Positions 41,326-56,477 are shown, counted from the stretch's first letter. The stretch: DNA of 64,000 nucleotides from Laetmonice hystrix (GCA_965235115.1 OZ249439.1:1550001-1614000), one strand, 5' to 3'. Notes: generated from the letters alone by a model not told the origin. Translations and numbers: made by a program.

Positions 41326-44300
41326 ATAACTGAAGTTTCCCTTCATATTATATCATTTTGTCAGGCTCTTTGTCCACGTTTCACCTCCATCAAATTCTAA
41401 ACGTCTATATTTTCGTATTGTGCCTGGTGCAGCACATCAAATAAATTAATTTTTATCCTAAAGGCACATTTTTCCCTCTTAATAGAAACTGACCCTTACC
41501 AACCCGCCACGATCCATTCAACTTGGGATTGCTTGCTAGGCGTAAACAGGTCCGAATTGAAAGCGTCACTTTTCCCCAACGCACGTATTTTTAATGGGCA
41601 TATATTAGTAGGGAAAGAACCAATTACCATTTACATTACCCCCCCCCCCCCCCCACCCGTAGTTGTAAATATAACGTATTTAAAGGAAGGAAATGGAATA
41701 TTTTCGACTCGACTCATGCCCATTTATTGAGATTCCTTCTTACACAATCACGCTACAATGTTCGATATGTTTGTCGCACGGTGGGAAGTCATCACGCCGC
41801 TTGAACCAGATCGAACGTCTTCCGCCGTTCAATGACGTCACAGCATAATGACGTCATACGATCTCGTTCCACTGTGATCTTGTCTGCAGTGCACCTCTCG
41901 CTATCCTAAACGTTTTTTAAACTTAACAGTTCGAATAAACCAGTAGATTGCTCCCTGATCTCGACATGCTTTTGCAACTTCAAATCGACCCCAAAATTAT
42001 ACATGTTCCATCCATATTATCATTTAAAGGACACAACATGATTCGGAACCAAACAAGAAATATGTTGTTTTCTAACATAGATACAAATGATCCATTCTGT
42101 AATACTGCCTGTAAAGATCATTCCAATTCGACAACAGCCGCCCTACGAAAATCTTCAAAGGGATAATGTGGTTGGTTGTGCTGGTATTGTGATCTTGCCC
42201 CCCCCCCCCCCCCCCCCCCCCCACCCAACGAAATGTTAACTACATAATGGGACCTCCTTACACAAACAGAAAAACCATCATTTTTGTAAATGAATCTAGA
42301 TACATGTAGATCTTTTCCGCCACCTCAGCTAAGATGGCCACTCAGTTTACCGCGTTTTCACTAGCTGTACGAGCTCCAGGGACACGCAAAGACTGTTCGA
42401 GGCATTTTTAAATGTTTGGGTTGTAGCTCGTATGACACCTGTGTCTCATACGTGATCGCCATTAATACAACTGATACGTCCTATCACGCCAAGCACATCC
42501 TTCAGCGAAAAAACTCTTCTCCAATATATGACTAGGCCTATAGATGTAGAAGATAATTATAGCACCTTATGTCCTATACTGCCGGAAGAGATTGGATTGC
42601 CACCTACAGCATTGGTAGGAATATTTGCACAGAATTATTCACGAAACGAAATGGACAGGGGTTCCACCCCCACCCCCTATTAACAGAGATTTATCGACAT
42701 CCAACGCTCGCTGCTGCTCAGGGACAGTGTCAGTGCGTAGACTCTATACGGGTCAATGAGTACGAGTTTATGTTTTATATAAATGTAAATGTAGAGTAAA
42801 AGGTGTCTCACAATTTCTGGGTATTATCAATGGAAATTAATATTACTCACATATATATATACTTCTACATTACTTAAATCCAACTTAAAATAATATTCAA
42901 AAAGAGTACATAGGCCTATAGGCCCTCATGTAAATTTGTACATAAACTTCATAATAATTCTTCAATAAATTTTGTATTTTCTACAAGCATTAAACACTAT
43001 TTGTAGTAAAAACCATTTTCTAATCTAAATACATTTTTCGATATAAACATGTTCAACAAACATCACAGCGATTGATCAGACACTCTGACGGATTTCTAAC
43101 AAACATGACGTCACAGACGTTTATGACGTCACCCCGTAATGTGACAGCGCAGTCGACGCCGTCACAGCTCTGCTTGGAGAGCTCGACGCTCTGCTACCGG
43201 CTCTCAGCCCTGAAAGTGGAAAGGAAAGACCAATTTATTGTCCTGCACGAGGTCATGAATCAAACCTCTCCCCGACCAGGTCTTATTGTGCGTACATGCC
43301 CTATAAGCCTGGTCGTCATAACATGAGGAACTTTCATCACACAAACGTTTCCAAACAGCTAAATGGAAGGACGCAATACCAGCAGGAGAATGAAAGCGTC
43401 TCGTTTTTAATCTGACACACCTTATTATGGCGAAAACATTCATTTTTAAGGCTATCTTGAGACAGATTTCCATCAACATGTAGATCTATAACCAAGACGC
43501 ACTATATTAGAGCGAGAAATGCTAGCTGGGGGATGAATGCATAATGTTTTGATAGTAACACACAAAGATGTTGTATGAATAACAGTATAACAGTAAATGA
43601 CTCTATACTATGACATTTACAATCTAAGCTGTCTACTAATGCAAAACGGTACGCAAGGAAAGTAAATGCTAACTCAATTTCTTTTAAATAGGCCCCTATA
43701 TAACTTAAATTCGAACTTAGTTGGTTTAGTGTTGTTTAAGAAAATACATTTTGCCTGTCTAGGGTACCATTACCTCCTAACTCTGTTAACACAGCATGCA
43801 TGGAGGTCTGCATCATCCTCCTTTAAATAGTGTAGGTTTAATGAAACATTCTATCAAAGTCAGAATATATATACAATAAAGATTTTATAATTAAGGTAAG
43901 TTCACAGCAAGCAGTGAACTCACAGAGCGGTTCAGTTGCAGATTCTTGGCCTTTCACGATAAACAAGGTCGAATCCTCTGGACATAACGAATTTTATCCC
44001 AGGCTTGCATTTGTTGTAAGATTGAGGAGATTTAGACTCTTCATTTCATACAAGCTCTCTTAATTGTAGGACACCGGATATTTTAATAACATGAGACTTG
44101 CTAACTGAGCAATCCAGACAATTTATATGGTCGTAACTGGTGCTCTAGGTCAGCTGGTAATCTGCTGTTAGTTTACTTACTCTGAGATCCATATCGTAGA
44201 CGGGTTACAAAAGCAGGCATGCAGATCGACCTTATCTCTTGTCGTAGCATAGCTGCTTGACTGGCATTTAATTTTTAACTTAGTTTGTTATACGCAAACA

Positions 44301-44989
44301 CACCCAAAAAAAATGACGACACAAGCGTTTCGTGCTCGACTTTGCATCCTGCTACCTGACGTTCTTTAGAAAGTGGTTTTGTTTCGTTCAAATACAGCTT
44401 TTTCAAATTTGGAAATGATTATACTGTCACTTTAGGAATTTGTCGCTGTGCAAGTTCGAGTATGGAGCGCGGGTTTGAAGCGGTGAGCACGGTAAGCAAA
44501 TGGCTTTACACACAAGCAAACTGACAACAGCGGCCATTACGTAGCGTTACGTACCATTACGTACCGTCACGTAACGTTCCGTCCGACGCAACAAGCGCAG
44601 CTCATGCGCGGAACGTCACTTTCGATCCTTGAAACGAGGCAGGGTTGTCAAGGTCAAAATATGATCAAAACCCAAACTTTATACAAACCTGATCACTTAT
44701 ATTTACCACACGATGCAAGCTTTATGATGATAGCATCGCACAAATTGCGTTGGTATGTGTGGGTCACATAGAAAGCCTGCTGGCTAAGCAACACTTAAAG
44801 AACGATATAGGTCTCCTACACATTCATCGCGTTATCGATGAGGGCTTGGGGATTTATTGAATTCATGCTGCTAATTCCAGCATGACGAGCCAGGACATTA
44901 TGGCAGCAAAGACAAGATCGTGTTTTAATTGTCAGCTGCAAATCTTTACAACCAATTTGAGAAAATACCCGCTATTCTCCTCAGCCATT

Positions 44990-45175
44990 TGCCATGCGCA
45001 GCAGACATGCCATCAGTTTGATGTGCACGTCAGCCATGCTGTGTTTTGTGCCATCAGTTTGCTGTGCATGGCAGATATGCTGTGTTTTGTGCCATCAGCA
45101 TGTTGTGCACATCAGCTGTGTTTTGTGCCATCAGTTTGATGTGCATGGCAGACATCCTGTGTTTTGTGCTATTAG
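44990..45175. repeat. Degenerate ~40-bp tandem repeat
   Basis: Recurrent gccatcagtttgatgtgca...ctgtgttttgt. Confidence 0.8.
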
Positions 45176-45736
45176 TTTGTTACATATACGTATAGGCTCC
45201 CTACGGCAGACATGCATTGTGTCATCGGTACATGCAGTCAGACCTCACCGTTCAATAACCCAGTCGTGCTCTCCTCCCTACCCTGTCAGTGGAAACTGGT
45301 ATCACATAATTCACAAACACCTGCGAGACGCGTTCTCTATGGCTCAGGTCACGCCTCAATATTGACATCAATCAGGACAATGCAAACGCTATTTTGACGC
45401 TTCTACGTCCAGAATAGACAAAGTAAGTACAGTACGAGTAACTCCGTATAGTGCTGGAACAGGGGGAAAGGGATGAGGAGAACTCTCAAACTGGAGGTCC
45501 CTCCCTACAGGAGCATCGGGTCTGGTCTTGCCCCCTCCCCAACACTGAATGTCTTACTACCCCTATGCTATCTTGAAGAACTATACCTGTCGCGATCATC
45601 AAGCCCGCTCGCCTCGTAGAATGCATTTTGTCCAAGGATTCCAACAATTCAACAAAGTCCTGCTTTTTCTGAAGATCCTCGCTGTGACTAGATCTATTTC
45701 TACATCTCAGATTTACTCAGTCTGAGTCTGAAGGAG

Positions 45737-48700
45737 TTACTCACCACTGAGCGAGGATTCGGTCCGGCGAGGGCTGGGGGACCGGCTCCTGGCCCGGGAC
45801 AGGGACCTGGACGGACTCAAAGATCGGGACGGACTCATGGACCGGTACGGACTCGTTGACAGGCTGGGGGTCTTGGCAGGTGACGGGCTCCGACTGCGAC
45901 GTGAGGTCTGGAACCGAATAGGGCGGGTGGTCATGCAACGTGAGGCTGCCAAGGGCCCGGTCTAAAATTAATCTCTCCATGGGAAATGAAGTTTTCATGT
46001 TTTTATGTTTACACCCTCCTTCCTTGAAAGTCGCCGTAAGAGATATTACAGATTGATATTATGTTCCAACGGTTCTCCATCGTCCGTGAAGATGTTTGGT
46101 AATATATGACCGGCCCTGGCTTGGATCAAACGTGTCAAACATAGTGAGGACGGTCAAGGTGAAACAATCATTACTATGTGTGTGACTGCGTGGGTGAGAT
46201 TCTATTTTTACTTGACAAGGCCGACTCACCAATGATGCTCCGCGTCGGGTGCAGGCCTCACCCTTGACGACCACACGAGGCCCCTGCATGAGGCACGGCC
46301 AAAGGTGATGGTTGACCAGTGGGGCTGTGTACTCCGAGTCATAGCTGCGCCGGTACCTATACCACAGACACAGATAATATCAGGTCTGAAAAAAACATCT
46401 AAAACTTACCCAGGATATACAGGTCTAGACCTTTGAAAAATACAAGCATCCGAAATGCATTTAACACTTTTATACGTGTGTTCAAATATAACAACATAAT
46501 ACATATAGCACCGAACCCCAACTCCGCCTCCCTAAAAAGTTTTTTCGCATTACAATTAAATGACCCTAGGGAAAATGCCATCGAATCTAATGCAGGAACT
46601 CGTGATCCAGCCTCCTTCACGGCAGCTGAGTGACTCACTTGTCCTCATCGAGAAGCTCAGCGTCGTTAGCGAACGCGATGTCCATCGAGGTGGTCAGACA
46701 GCTCATGTTCCACGCCAGCTTGCAGGCCTCCCTGATGAATGGTTGGACCACCCCGTAGGAGGCGTCAACCAATGAGATGCGCGGATTGCGGTTCAGAGCT
46801 CGGATCACATCCTGGAAGGATCAATGATATCTGCCTTTACACAGAAACACAGCCACGTTATGTGAATATTTTCCCGAGGACCCCTCCCTCCCCTCAGCAG
46901 AGGAATCTTACCTTTGGCCAGGATTTTGGGAAACGGGGAATTTGCTGTAGGGGGGTTCGACATGGTGAATACAGAATGTTCCATGGGGAAAAAGAAAAAT
47001 CGGTTGCCAAGGAGGGTTTAACCCCTCTAAACCAACCCCCAACCCCCCAACCCCCCACTGTACAGTAGGGGATAGAACCAGGAGGACGGTAACTTACCGT
47101 GACCAGGGCGGGAAGATCAACCAGGTCAGTGTTACGGTTGATATAATCCTGTACAGCCTCCTCCAGCGTCTCAGGCCCCATATGACTGGTGGACAGACTG
47201 CTGCGGACCTTCAGCTTCCAGGAGGTGAACGCCATCCGGGCCACCGAGAACGCTTCCTAGTGACGTCACAAATAACCCTTACTGATGCGGAATTATGACA
47301 TACAACGAGCCCCGACCCATGGATGCGCTTGTGATAGGCCTATATAGGCCTAGTCAAAGGGGAGAAAGCCCCTAAAAATCGTCCAGTGATGCATGGACCC
47401 TCCCTATTTTAAAAAATGGTTTTACGCTATAGATGACGGTCTAATGTAGTAAAGAATGGGGTCTGATTGACCATGACGGCGGGGCCCTCACCTGCATGAT
47501 CCCGAAGATAATCCTCTGGTTGTTCTCAAGGTCGGACGAGTAGGCCCGCAGGATGTCCATAGCGTCCAGTCGGTCCTGGGTGAACATGTCGTTGAACCTC
47601 GTTATGAGATTCTGTTGACGGACGCGCTGTGTGACGTCATCGGGTGGGAAGGGCGACGCAGGACGCGGCAAGGGCAGCGAACGGTACGGGCTGAAGGATA
47701 CCGGCTCCACCTCTCTGAGATCACCCAATACCCACAGATTTAGCTCATGTTTAATCATGACACACGCAGTATAATATATGCTATGCGCTAGACATTTTTT
47801 GGCGTTCATCAGAAAATAATGAATTGTCTCTTTAAACCCGCTCTACTCGTATTGCTTCTCCTTTCGCATGTCTGGTGTAAGTTATTAATGGTTAGGTACA
47901 ACTGCCCTTTATTAAAGTAAAACTGGACAAAACGGTGCTGGAGATTTGTTAGAAAACACTAAACAGAGGAGTGCAAAAAGTGACTAGGCCTAATAGCAAT
48001 ACCTAGGCCTATCACGAAGATAAATAATGTGATAAAATATTACAGAAAGATTGTTATGAGCGAGGACGTCATAGGCCTACTCTTAGCAAACTGTAAGAGT
48101 GAGTTCCAGTGCAAATCAAATGTTAGACCCGCGGGAAAGTACATGTTGAGTCAGTGTTTGAGACGTTTTGAGGTAAAGATTAAATTAAATCAAACCGCCA
48201 CAAACAAGGGAAGGTTAATAAATGTATAATTCATGCCACAAGTTAATAAATTATAATACATATATTGCTTAAGACTTACTTGATTGTTTTCTTTGACTTT
48301 GGGCTAAATCATGGAGAGCAGCAAAATTATTATTTTAATAGTAGGCTACCCTAGGGCCTAACCAGGGCTTGAAATAACTTACTGCACAAAAAATAATAAG
48401 TTTTTACGAGCCCAGCTTGTTTCTCAATCCGATCATTACACAGTTAATGTGTTTCACGGTATCATTACGTCGTAAAACAAACCGCACAATGTCAAGTAAA
48501 GGTCATCTTACCCGTTCACGAGCGCCTCACGTCTTCCCGTCAAAATTCCGATATCTTCCCGTAGGTGGCGCACCTGTCGCTCGTAGTTCTCCACCAGAGA
48601 TGCGCGCGCACGCAGGGAGGCAACCTCGTCCCCAGTACTACGCAGCCTGCTCGGAGGAAGACACAAATACTAAACCATGTTTGATATAAATTACATGCCT

Positions 48701-51700
48701 TCAGTAGGCAACAGTGGCGTTGAACGTAGGCTAAAACTTTCTCAAAGTTTCCCTGATATGAGTCAGTGATGTCATAACAACAGGAAGCCTTAGACCTAGG
48801 GCCTACTTGTTTTTGAGGTCCCGAACCTCCATCTCAGTGAACATCTTGTCGCTGGCCGAGGCTCGCTGTGAGGCTCCGAGTTCATCCTTCGTCTCGTCAA
48901 GACTGAAACAAGTTAGAAGTAGATCTGTGTCTAAAACTACACATATCAATACTTCAAGAAACTGGGAGCAATTAGTTCTCTTCATCAAAGTCGATGTGCG
49001 ACGGACAGTCTATGAAGTCATTTTATAGTGAACTTACGCGGCCTTAAGTTCGTCGGCCTCAGCCCTGGAGCTGGAGAGATCTTCCTCCAGTGCCTGCAGT
49101 GATCGTTCGTACATGTCCTGGATTTCGTTCATCTCCCGGTCCTTGGCCGCTACCTCGGCCATGGCCGTTAGACTGGGCTCTGGGGACGCTGCTAGGACGC
49201 CCGACCCAAGCCATGGTAACAGGCGAGTCTTCAGGGTGCTGGCCCCGCCGTACACGCCACCTGGCGAAGGACAACAAAACTAGAAACTACACGTCACAGG
49301 TACGTCATTTACGTCATTAGACCGGAAACAGTCCACTCGCCAGATGGACTATTACGTCATACTCGCTGTGATGATGTGCTTATAGAAAATATAGAACTCT
49401 CCTCATCTTTCTTCTTTTGTTAAAACTTGTATAGGCCCTACATGTATACTGATAATTAAAGTCTCACACAATACAAACTAACGTTATTTTCAATGCTGGT
49501 CAAGCCCCTATCAGAAGAGGTTCAGATATTAGGCCTACTATAGTTAGGGAGGAGGCACACAAGTAGGCTAGGCCTACATACTGGCTAACACTCTAGTCTA
49601 GGGCGTGGGGGGCAAAAATAATTGATACAGTCATGAGGGCCCAGGGGGCATGTGGCCCCTCAATCTCTCCCAGGGTTCACCGCGCCGGGGACGATGGCGC
49701 GGATTCGCCCGCGCGGTGAACCCTGGGAGAGAATGGTGGCCCCTTGGTCTCCCTCTTGATCCACGCATGCGCAAACATTGATATGCCCTCTCGTTGCCAA
49801 TTTAGACCCGAATTTAATCTTCGGCACCTACCCCGGTGAAATTTTGCCCCAAAAGTAACCCCCCCCCCCTAGGCCTACTGTTTTAGTTGCGGGCTTACTC
49901 GGCCCTTTGATTCCAAACGTAGCTACCAACACATTCTCAGATCCCACCCCTACACTGTTTACAACAGTTAAATCCCCAGTGTAACGACCTCAGCCTGTAC
50001 ACGCCACACCTTCCTCGTGTGTCTGTGATCTCTGACAGAAGTTCAGGATCTAATCACGCAACATCTGTTTGTTTCCGTGGTTGACCGGGACCAGGAAATG
50101 GCGCCTGTAAATCTACGGAAGCTTGGAGTCTCCCAGCCTCAATCGATACACGTTCTACACACCGTATCTATAATAAATGAGGATCCTGGACCTCCAAATG
50201 AGCGGTCCTGTCATCAGGTTTTCGTCATACATTTCTTGGTGTCGTTTACGAAAACACCACCATCTGATCCCCATCATCATGGGATCTTAAAAATAACCAG
50301 ATGATGATGCTTCAGTGTCAAGCTGCAACTCTAAGATACCAACATCCTTACACTTCAGGGTCGAGCGACCATCGGGGGAGAATCCCCAGTTTCCCACGAT
50401 GATTAATTAATGATCAATTAATTGGGCAGTCGACCTACCAGGTCACGTAAACATTCTGGGTGAGAAAATTCAGTGAAATGATGTGCCGTGTCGATCCGTG
50501 AATTGATTCTGGCTCTAGCCGTGTCTTCATGACGCCATGCAATGCCTTGGAACATTAGGAGGGGGTGGGAGGGGGCTTGGAGCCGTGGTATGCTGAACCG
50601 GATCGGCGGGAAGCAGGAGGGGGGGGGGGGTGCATAGAAGTTTAAAGAAGTGGATTTTGAAGAGTAATACAGCGGGGGTCTTTGTCGGATGTTTTGAGTT
50701 GTGAGTTGAGCCACGGCCAGTGTCCTCCATCCTTTATGTGCACACTGGATCCAGGTATTGATCTATACAACTTCGCTAGACCTCGGTTAACGTAGGAAAA
50801 CCTTGGCAGGACCACGTTATAATCATCCCAATAAGTACGATATATAATAAGTAGTAGAGAGCTGAGAGTAGTAGGACTGCTTGGCACGTTTCGAGGTGTG
50901 CGGTTTGTAATGATCCTGTCAATGGACACAGTTGATCAGTGACCTAACCCGCCCCTTCCGTGTCTACTGCCCGAGTCTCTCCAGGAACCGTTCCGACCCC
51001 GCCCACCCCCAGCGTCCTATACCTGGTCGGGTTGATACCCCTGCCAGGTGAGCCAGTACACCGGTCCTAGGACCCCCAGGGGGCCGAGTCTGTCGATATG
51101 GTCAGGAGAATTCAGTAACTGTGTGCCAAACCGGAAATGACTGTCAGCCTTGTTGTCAGTGTGAGTATGGTACAATACAAGTGTTTGGTACTGTTATACA
51201 AAATTGAACTCTTTCTTTTATGTCATGTCTAATTGCCAAACCTCAGGCCACCATGCAGGACATCAGCCCATGTCCCATATTATTCCCACGCCTCACACCC
51301 CAAGCCCATGTGACATAACTTACCCTCAGCCGCGGAGAGACTGAGAAGTTTGAAGAGCTGCCCTTGCACGCGGGCGTTCAACTCGATAATCTCGCAACAT
51401 CTCGCCACATTCTGATCACACGAGTTCACCTGAAAGATATAATACAAATTAATTAATTAATTTATTAATTAACGGTTCATTGTCATTGCTTACTAGTATT
51501 TTTACGGCCTTGTGGGAGTCTATAAAAATTACTTCTTGAACAACATAATCTGTAATACACAACTCACTTCAATACTAAGGCCGTCTTACAAAGTACCACT
51601 CCATTCACCAAGACTCTGAAGTGAAGCAGCCCTTTAAGGAAATACTTGTAGCTAAAATGTTAGAATTTACCGCAGGTATGAATGAAGGTGCGGTAGACTT

Positions 51701-54700
51701 TCAAACGACAATAGCCGTTGGGCGGCATGCTGTTGTACTGGCAGGCCGAGTTGTGTAATCATGGCATGTATGCAGGAGTCCTGACATGCAGGACCCCGCA
51801 CCGCTCACCCCACTCACCACTAACCAGCCCCATGTGGTCTGTGGTTGTTGAGGTATCCACCATAACGAGTTGGTGACCCCCCCCCCCCCCCCCGGTCAAT
51901 CCCTGACACTTTAATCTTTAGGTGACAGCGGGTGGTGTGTATATGGAAGTCTTAGTTAACTTTTGTACACTTCAATATAAACTGTCACCTTAATTTCGTC
52001 TACGACCTTTTGTCCATGTGGGGTTGGTAATATAAACTTAATAAGAACCTTCACATAAAAATCCTTGGGTTATTATTGCTTACTCTCAATGTATGCTTAA
52101 GCAGGAACCAAGTAGACTATTAGTTTCACCTCCTTTTTACTGTGGCCGAAAAGTACAAACATTCTCGGCTGGAGGAGTTCGATCCTCGGGTCACAAATTT
52201 CGCTACTCGGGTCGTCGATTTCAATCCTCGCCTCGCAGATTTCGGTCCTCAGGTCAATGTTGCACAATGCGCCGCCAAGGATCGACTTCTGATTCGAGTA
52301 GCCAATTCTGCGAGCCGAGCTAGTAACATTGAACCCGAGTAGTAAAATTTGTGACCCGAGGATCGAGTGACCAGTACAAGGTCACAGAAACCGCTGGTAA
52401 ACTGTGCGGGAGGTAAGATCAAGGCGTACGTATAGGTGCTCCAGCCTGTTTTAAATACCATAGGTAACTGCATGGCAGGTGTGGGTTACCCCTTGCACCA
52501 ACAGAAAGGAACTTCCATTTATGAGAAGTCACGTCGACATGCGGTGGGCTGACGTGGGGTGTGACCAAGGTGTTGCTCAACGGTGTGTTCTCTGGAAGCT
52601 ATACACCAAAACAGGACAAAAGTTCCAATCTCTAGGCCGACCATTGCTCCAATAGGTGGGGCAGTCATTACCAACGTCACGGGAAGGGGGAAAACCTGAT
52701 AACCGGTCTTTGATTAAGCGGGGATTAGGCTAAAGTAGCAGGCACCACCACCTTTTTGTCGTCCTCAAGTGCAGTCAACATCTCTAATACACCTGTTGAG
52801 TTACTAACTGGGTTTTATGCCATGGTGAACACATGACCTTGTCATTTTGGCATCATGAAAATGCGTAAAAACCCATGCCGGCCGCCAGTTTAATTTGAAA
52901 GCCTTTGCATCTTTAGAGCCTCTACATGAAATCCATTCCTCTAACTCGCGTTTTGACACATTGAAAGGAAACTTATAGAGATGTCATTCCAGCAACTTGA
53001 CACATTGAAGGGAGACTTATAGAGATGTCATTCCAGCAACTTGACACATCGAAAGGAGACTGTCATGCCAGCAACTTGACACATTGAAAGGAGACTTATA
53101 GAGATGTCATGCCAGCAACTTAGGGCTTATAAATCGACCCTAAACTTTGCAAGCCCAGATCGGAGTATTCAAACACACTGGCAAAACACTGACACAATAG
53201 TGGGTCTGCCGACTACTTCAGGACAACTACAAACGGCCGGGGACGACTGTAAATGACAGGGGGCGACTATAAACGGTAGAAAACGGCCATAAATATGAAG
53301 ATTGCTGATACCGACTTGGTGTCATGGTGCCACCGACTGGTCATTTAGCAAAATCTTGACCTCCCCTGATCTGATGATGTATAGAGGTCAGACAAACGCA
53401 GGCGGTCAAGTGTTCACACCTGCCCATTCCTCACCAAACGACGCGTTCACACTTACACAGATCTATATACACAACACCAGGCCTTTCAACCAATCCTGTA
53501 GATACTGTGCCCAGATACCGTCGTGTTCGGACAGGTTCCGTGTGTGAATGTTCAGCACAAAGGGGTTGCCGCCCCACCCCCTCCCCTCCAGAAAACCGAT
53601 TCTTTAACATTTGAAAGTAATTGCATAAGTTCAGGATAAACTGAATTGATTTCTTCCTCAAGTGGGCCTTCTTTTCTAATTGAATCCCTCTCTGACTGGC
53701 AAAGCCATTAATTGTTCTACAGAGAACAATTCACCCACACAAGCCATAGAATGGTTCAAAGACACGGCGGGATGGGGGATAATGATCTCTGTAGTAGCGA
53801 GTCTCTGAGATCACAGCGACCGAAGGTCCTTATATAGCGGCAGGATCATCACTCTAGCTCTGTCAAACCATAGACCTATAAATATTTCCTTTCTAGGTCT
53901 ATGGTAGAACTACGTCCTGGTGCAGCTCAAAAACAACATCAAGGAGACAACGAGAGAATGCTTGTGATCGCAGCCAGTGTCGGGTCGGGTAGCTTGGTTC
54001 CCGCCTCCCGTGTAGGTGGCGCTAGGCGCGCACGCGGAACAAGGCTACGGGTCGGGTCGGTTGTCCGACAAAGTGTTCCCGCTCCCCCTGGCTGGCCCCC
54101 CACGTGGCCGCCACCCCCCCCCCCTCTCCCGGTCACGGTAACCCAATAATCCCCAGTCCCTCCTGTCAATGATCCCGTATCGATTCACCACGGGAGCCAA
54201 CCACAGTGGACCCTTTGGAGACTCACCCATCCGGTGAAGTGCAGCGTGATATCATGGTTATAATTGGGATATCATAGACAGTTATCATTGGGTATCATGG
54301 TTATCATTGGGTAGCATGGTTATCATGAATGCCCCCAACACGGGTCTATACCCAACGGGACAGGAATTTTTTTAAAGTGTCTGCATGCCTATATAGGCCA
54401 CAAACCAAGGTTGGGATATCGACACGGACCTCCAGATGGCAAGGAGGTCGTCAGCTTTGGTCGGGTTTGGTCAGCTGTGGTCGGGTTTGGTCAGCTTTGG
54501 TCGGGTTTGGTCAGCTTTGGTCGGGTTTGGTCAGCTTTGGTCGGGTTTGGTCAGCTTTGGTCGGTGTTGGTAACCGGTGCTCCCAGGCAGGAATGTCAAC
54601 AAACTGGGGTAAAATGCGATCATAGTTTTCAACGTCCAAGCATGAATGGCACGTTTGCTTGTCCAGTTTCTAGTTACAAGTAAATCGAGACATATATTTA

Positions 54701-55563
54701 GATATAGGTCGTTGTAATATGATATAGAACCCTTGCAGGTGACGTCAGCAATAGGATGCGTGCGCAGCTTGGGTGCAAAAAAAAACAAAGAAAATGGGTT
54801 GTCCCGCCACCTGTCGAAAACCCTACTGAAGTTTCCGATTGGTGGCTTAGCCGCCTACGTCACCAATGTTTGTAAACATGCAAGGCGTCTATAGGGCCTA
54901 TTTCTTTGTGCATATCTCTGGAAAATGCGATGCAATATAGTTTCCCTTTAACCCGCCCTTAACGCATGGGGTTTAAAGGCCTACAAACGTTTACCACTGC
55001 AGTATTTTCATTATTGGCACTGATTAATTTCGCGGGTATGTTAACATAATTGTCTATTCCTTTAAAGTTCACCTGGCGTGGGAACATTCACGACATCTGG
55101 TGGCTGGGCACGGTATTGCTATTTTCTATCGAATTCAATGTTAAATTGATAAATCTTTGCCCATCATTTTCTCGAAAATGAAAACCTTTTATTTCTAATG
55201 TACGCCTATTACTTTGAAGCTTATACCATGACTATATCTCCAAAAAAAAATTATATTACTTTTAATTTTTGGGTCTATCACGCCTATTTAACTTTAAGTC
55301 CGACCTCTTCACCCGAGCGGCCTTGACCCCGACAGGGGTCGACCGCTGCAGCAAGTCGGAGCAGGCCATCGGTCAGGCGGGACTGTCTACCTCCAGTCAG
55401 CCCAGATCGCGTCATTGACAACGCCATGAACACGTGGTAATCAATGAGTAAACCACCAGATAAAAACACTACATACCCGGTACGTGTCGAGCCAAGCTTC
55501 CAACTTTTCCTGGAGGATGGTGAACGATCCCAGGTTTACCAGTCTTCTTAAACTCTCCGACAT
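45737..55563 (-). CDS. SPATA18: Mitochondria-eating protein MIEAP/SPATA18, about 517 aa, 10 exons
   Basis: Exons (minus strand) 55563-55477, 51429-51324, 49260-49038, 48902-48807, 48646-48512, 47714-47492, 47256-47098, 46811-46639, 46356-46230 and 45961-45737 (or a donor after 45745), all in phase. Motifs include [100 protein letters not shown] and an RSRSPSP tail. Confidence 0.93.
49664..49732. repeat. Perfect 22-bp-stem hairpin with 25-nt loop
   Basis: tctctcccagggttcaccgcgc (49664-49685) is the exact reverse complement of 49711-49732. Confidence 0.9.
52179..52366. mobile_element. MITE-like element with 34-bp inverted arms
   Basis: tcgatcctcgggtcacaaatttcgctactcgggt (52179-52212) matches the reverse complement of 52333-52366 at 32 of 34 positions. 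Confidence 0.75.
52953..53121. repeat. 44-bp tandem repeat, about 4 copies
   Basis: gacacattgaaaggagacttatagagatgtcattccagcaactt units; one copy is internally deleted. Confidence 0.88.
54448..54565. repeat. 20-bp tandem repeat x6
   Basis: gtcagctttggtcgggtttg. Confidence 0.93.
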
Positions 55564-56477
55564 GATCGCTCCCGGTCTACACAACCTGGTCTGACCGATC
55601 GGCACGTCGATAACGCGCTCTGTCCGAGCAGCAGTAGCAGATCGTCCTACAGCGCCTGCGCCTCACAGTTCACCTGGTCAAAGTCCGGCTCGCGCGCGCG
55701 GATTAAACCATGAAGTCGAAAGCTTGGAGGTCTGCGTAAACTATGGCTTAATAACTGTGACCTTAACTAGTAGCTGCCATGGGATTATGGTAGGCTTAGT
55801 AACGGCAGATCGTTAATCAGTAGGTTAGGCCGCATTGTTTAGTGCCACCCTATAAATGAAACTCTTGGCGTATCTAGGAGGATTTCCATGTAGGCTATCC
55901 TGGGACGCCCCCCCCCCCCCTCTCCCACTTAAAAAAGATTCCTGGACATTTTTGTAAAACAGGGGTGTAAAAAGTTGCATTATTTTAACCAAAAGAAATC
56001 TTCATATTTCCAAACAAGACGTCCTGAGATTGCATTATTTGATGTCCTTTTTTTTAATATCCCAGAGGCGCATGGCTGAGGTCATCTCTGAAGTACCGAA
56101 ATTCAGCACCCCCCCCCCCCCCTCCCCTTAACCAATTTCTGGATACGCCCCTGCTTTGATAAGTAGGGCCTATATCAGGAATTGTCTGGGTCAGGGAGGA
56201 GTGGGGCATGTGCATGCTGCGGGGCCGCGGATGATGTCCGTATCATGATTATGACGTCACGGTTGCCAGGCATATCATTGTGACGGAGGGTCCTTGTGCA
56301 TTGTGACGGGAACGGTACTTGTGCATTGTGACGACATCAGACGATGACTTACGACACTGGAACTATGACATCACAATATAAGATTATTCAGGTCAAAGAG
56401 CGACCGTCATAAAGGACGATTGACATCGGCTCTTGAATATGACGTCATATTTGTTTGTGACGTAACAATACAGGCAG

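Noticed and set aside
50040-54200. Possible nested or antisense exons inside SPATA18 introns (e.g. 50430-50550 minus, 50940-51048 plus, 53898-53990 plus)
   Set aside because: There are isolated splice-like signals but no consistent phase chain or recognisable protein.
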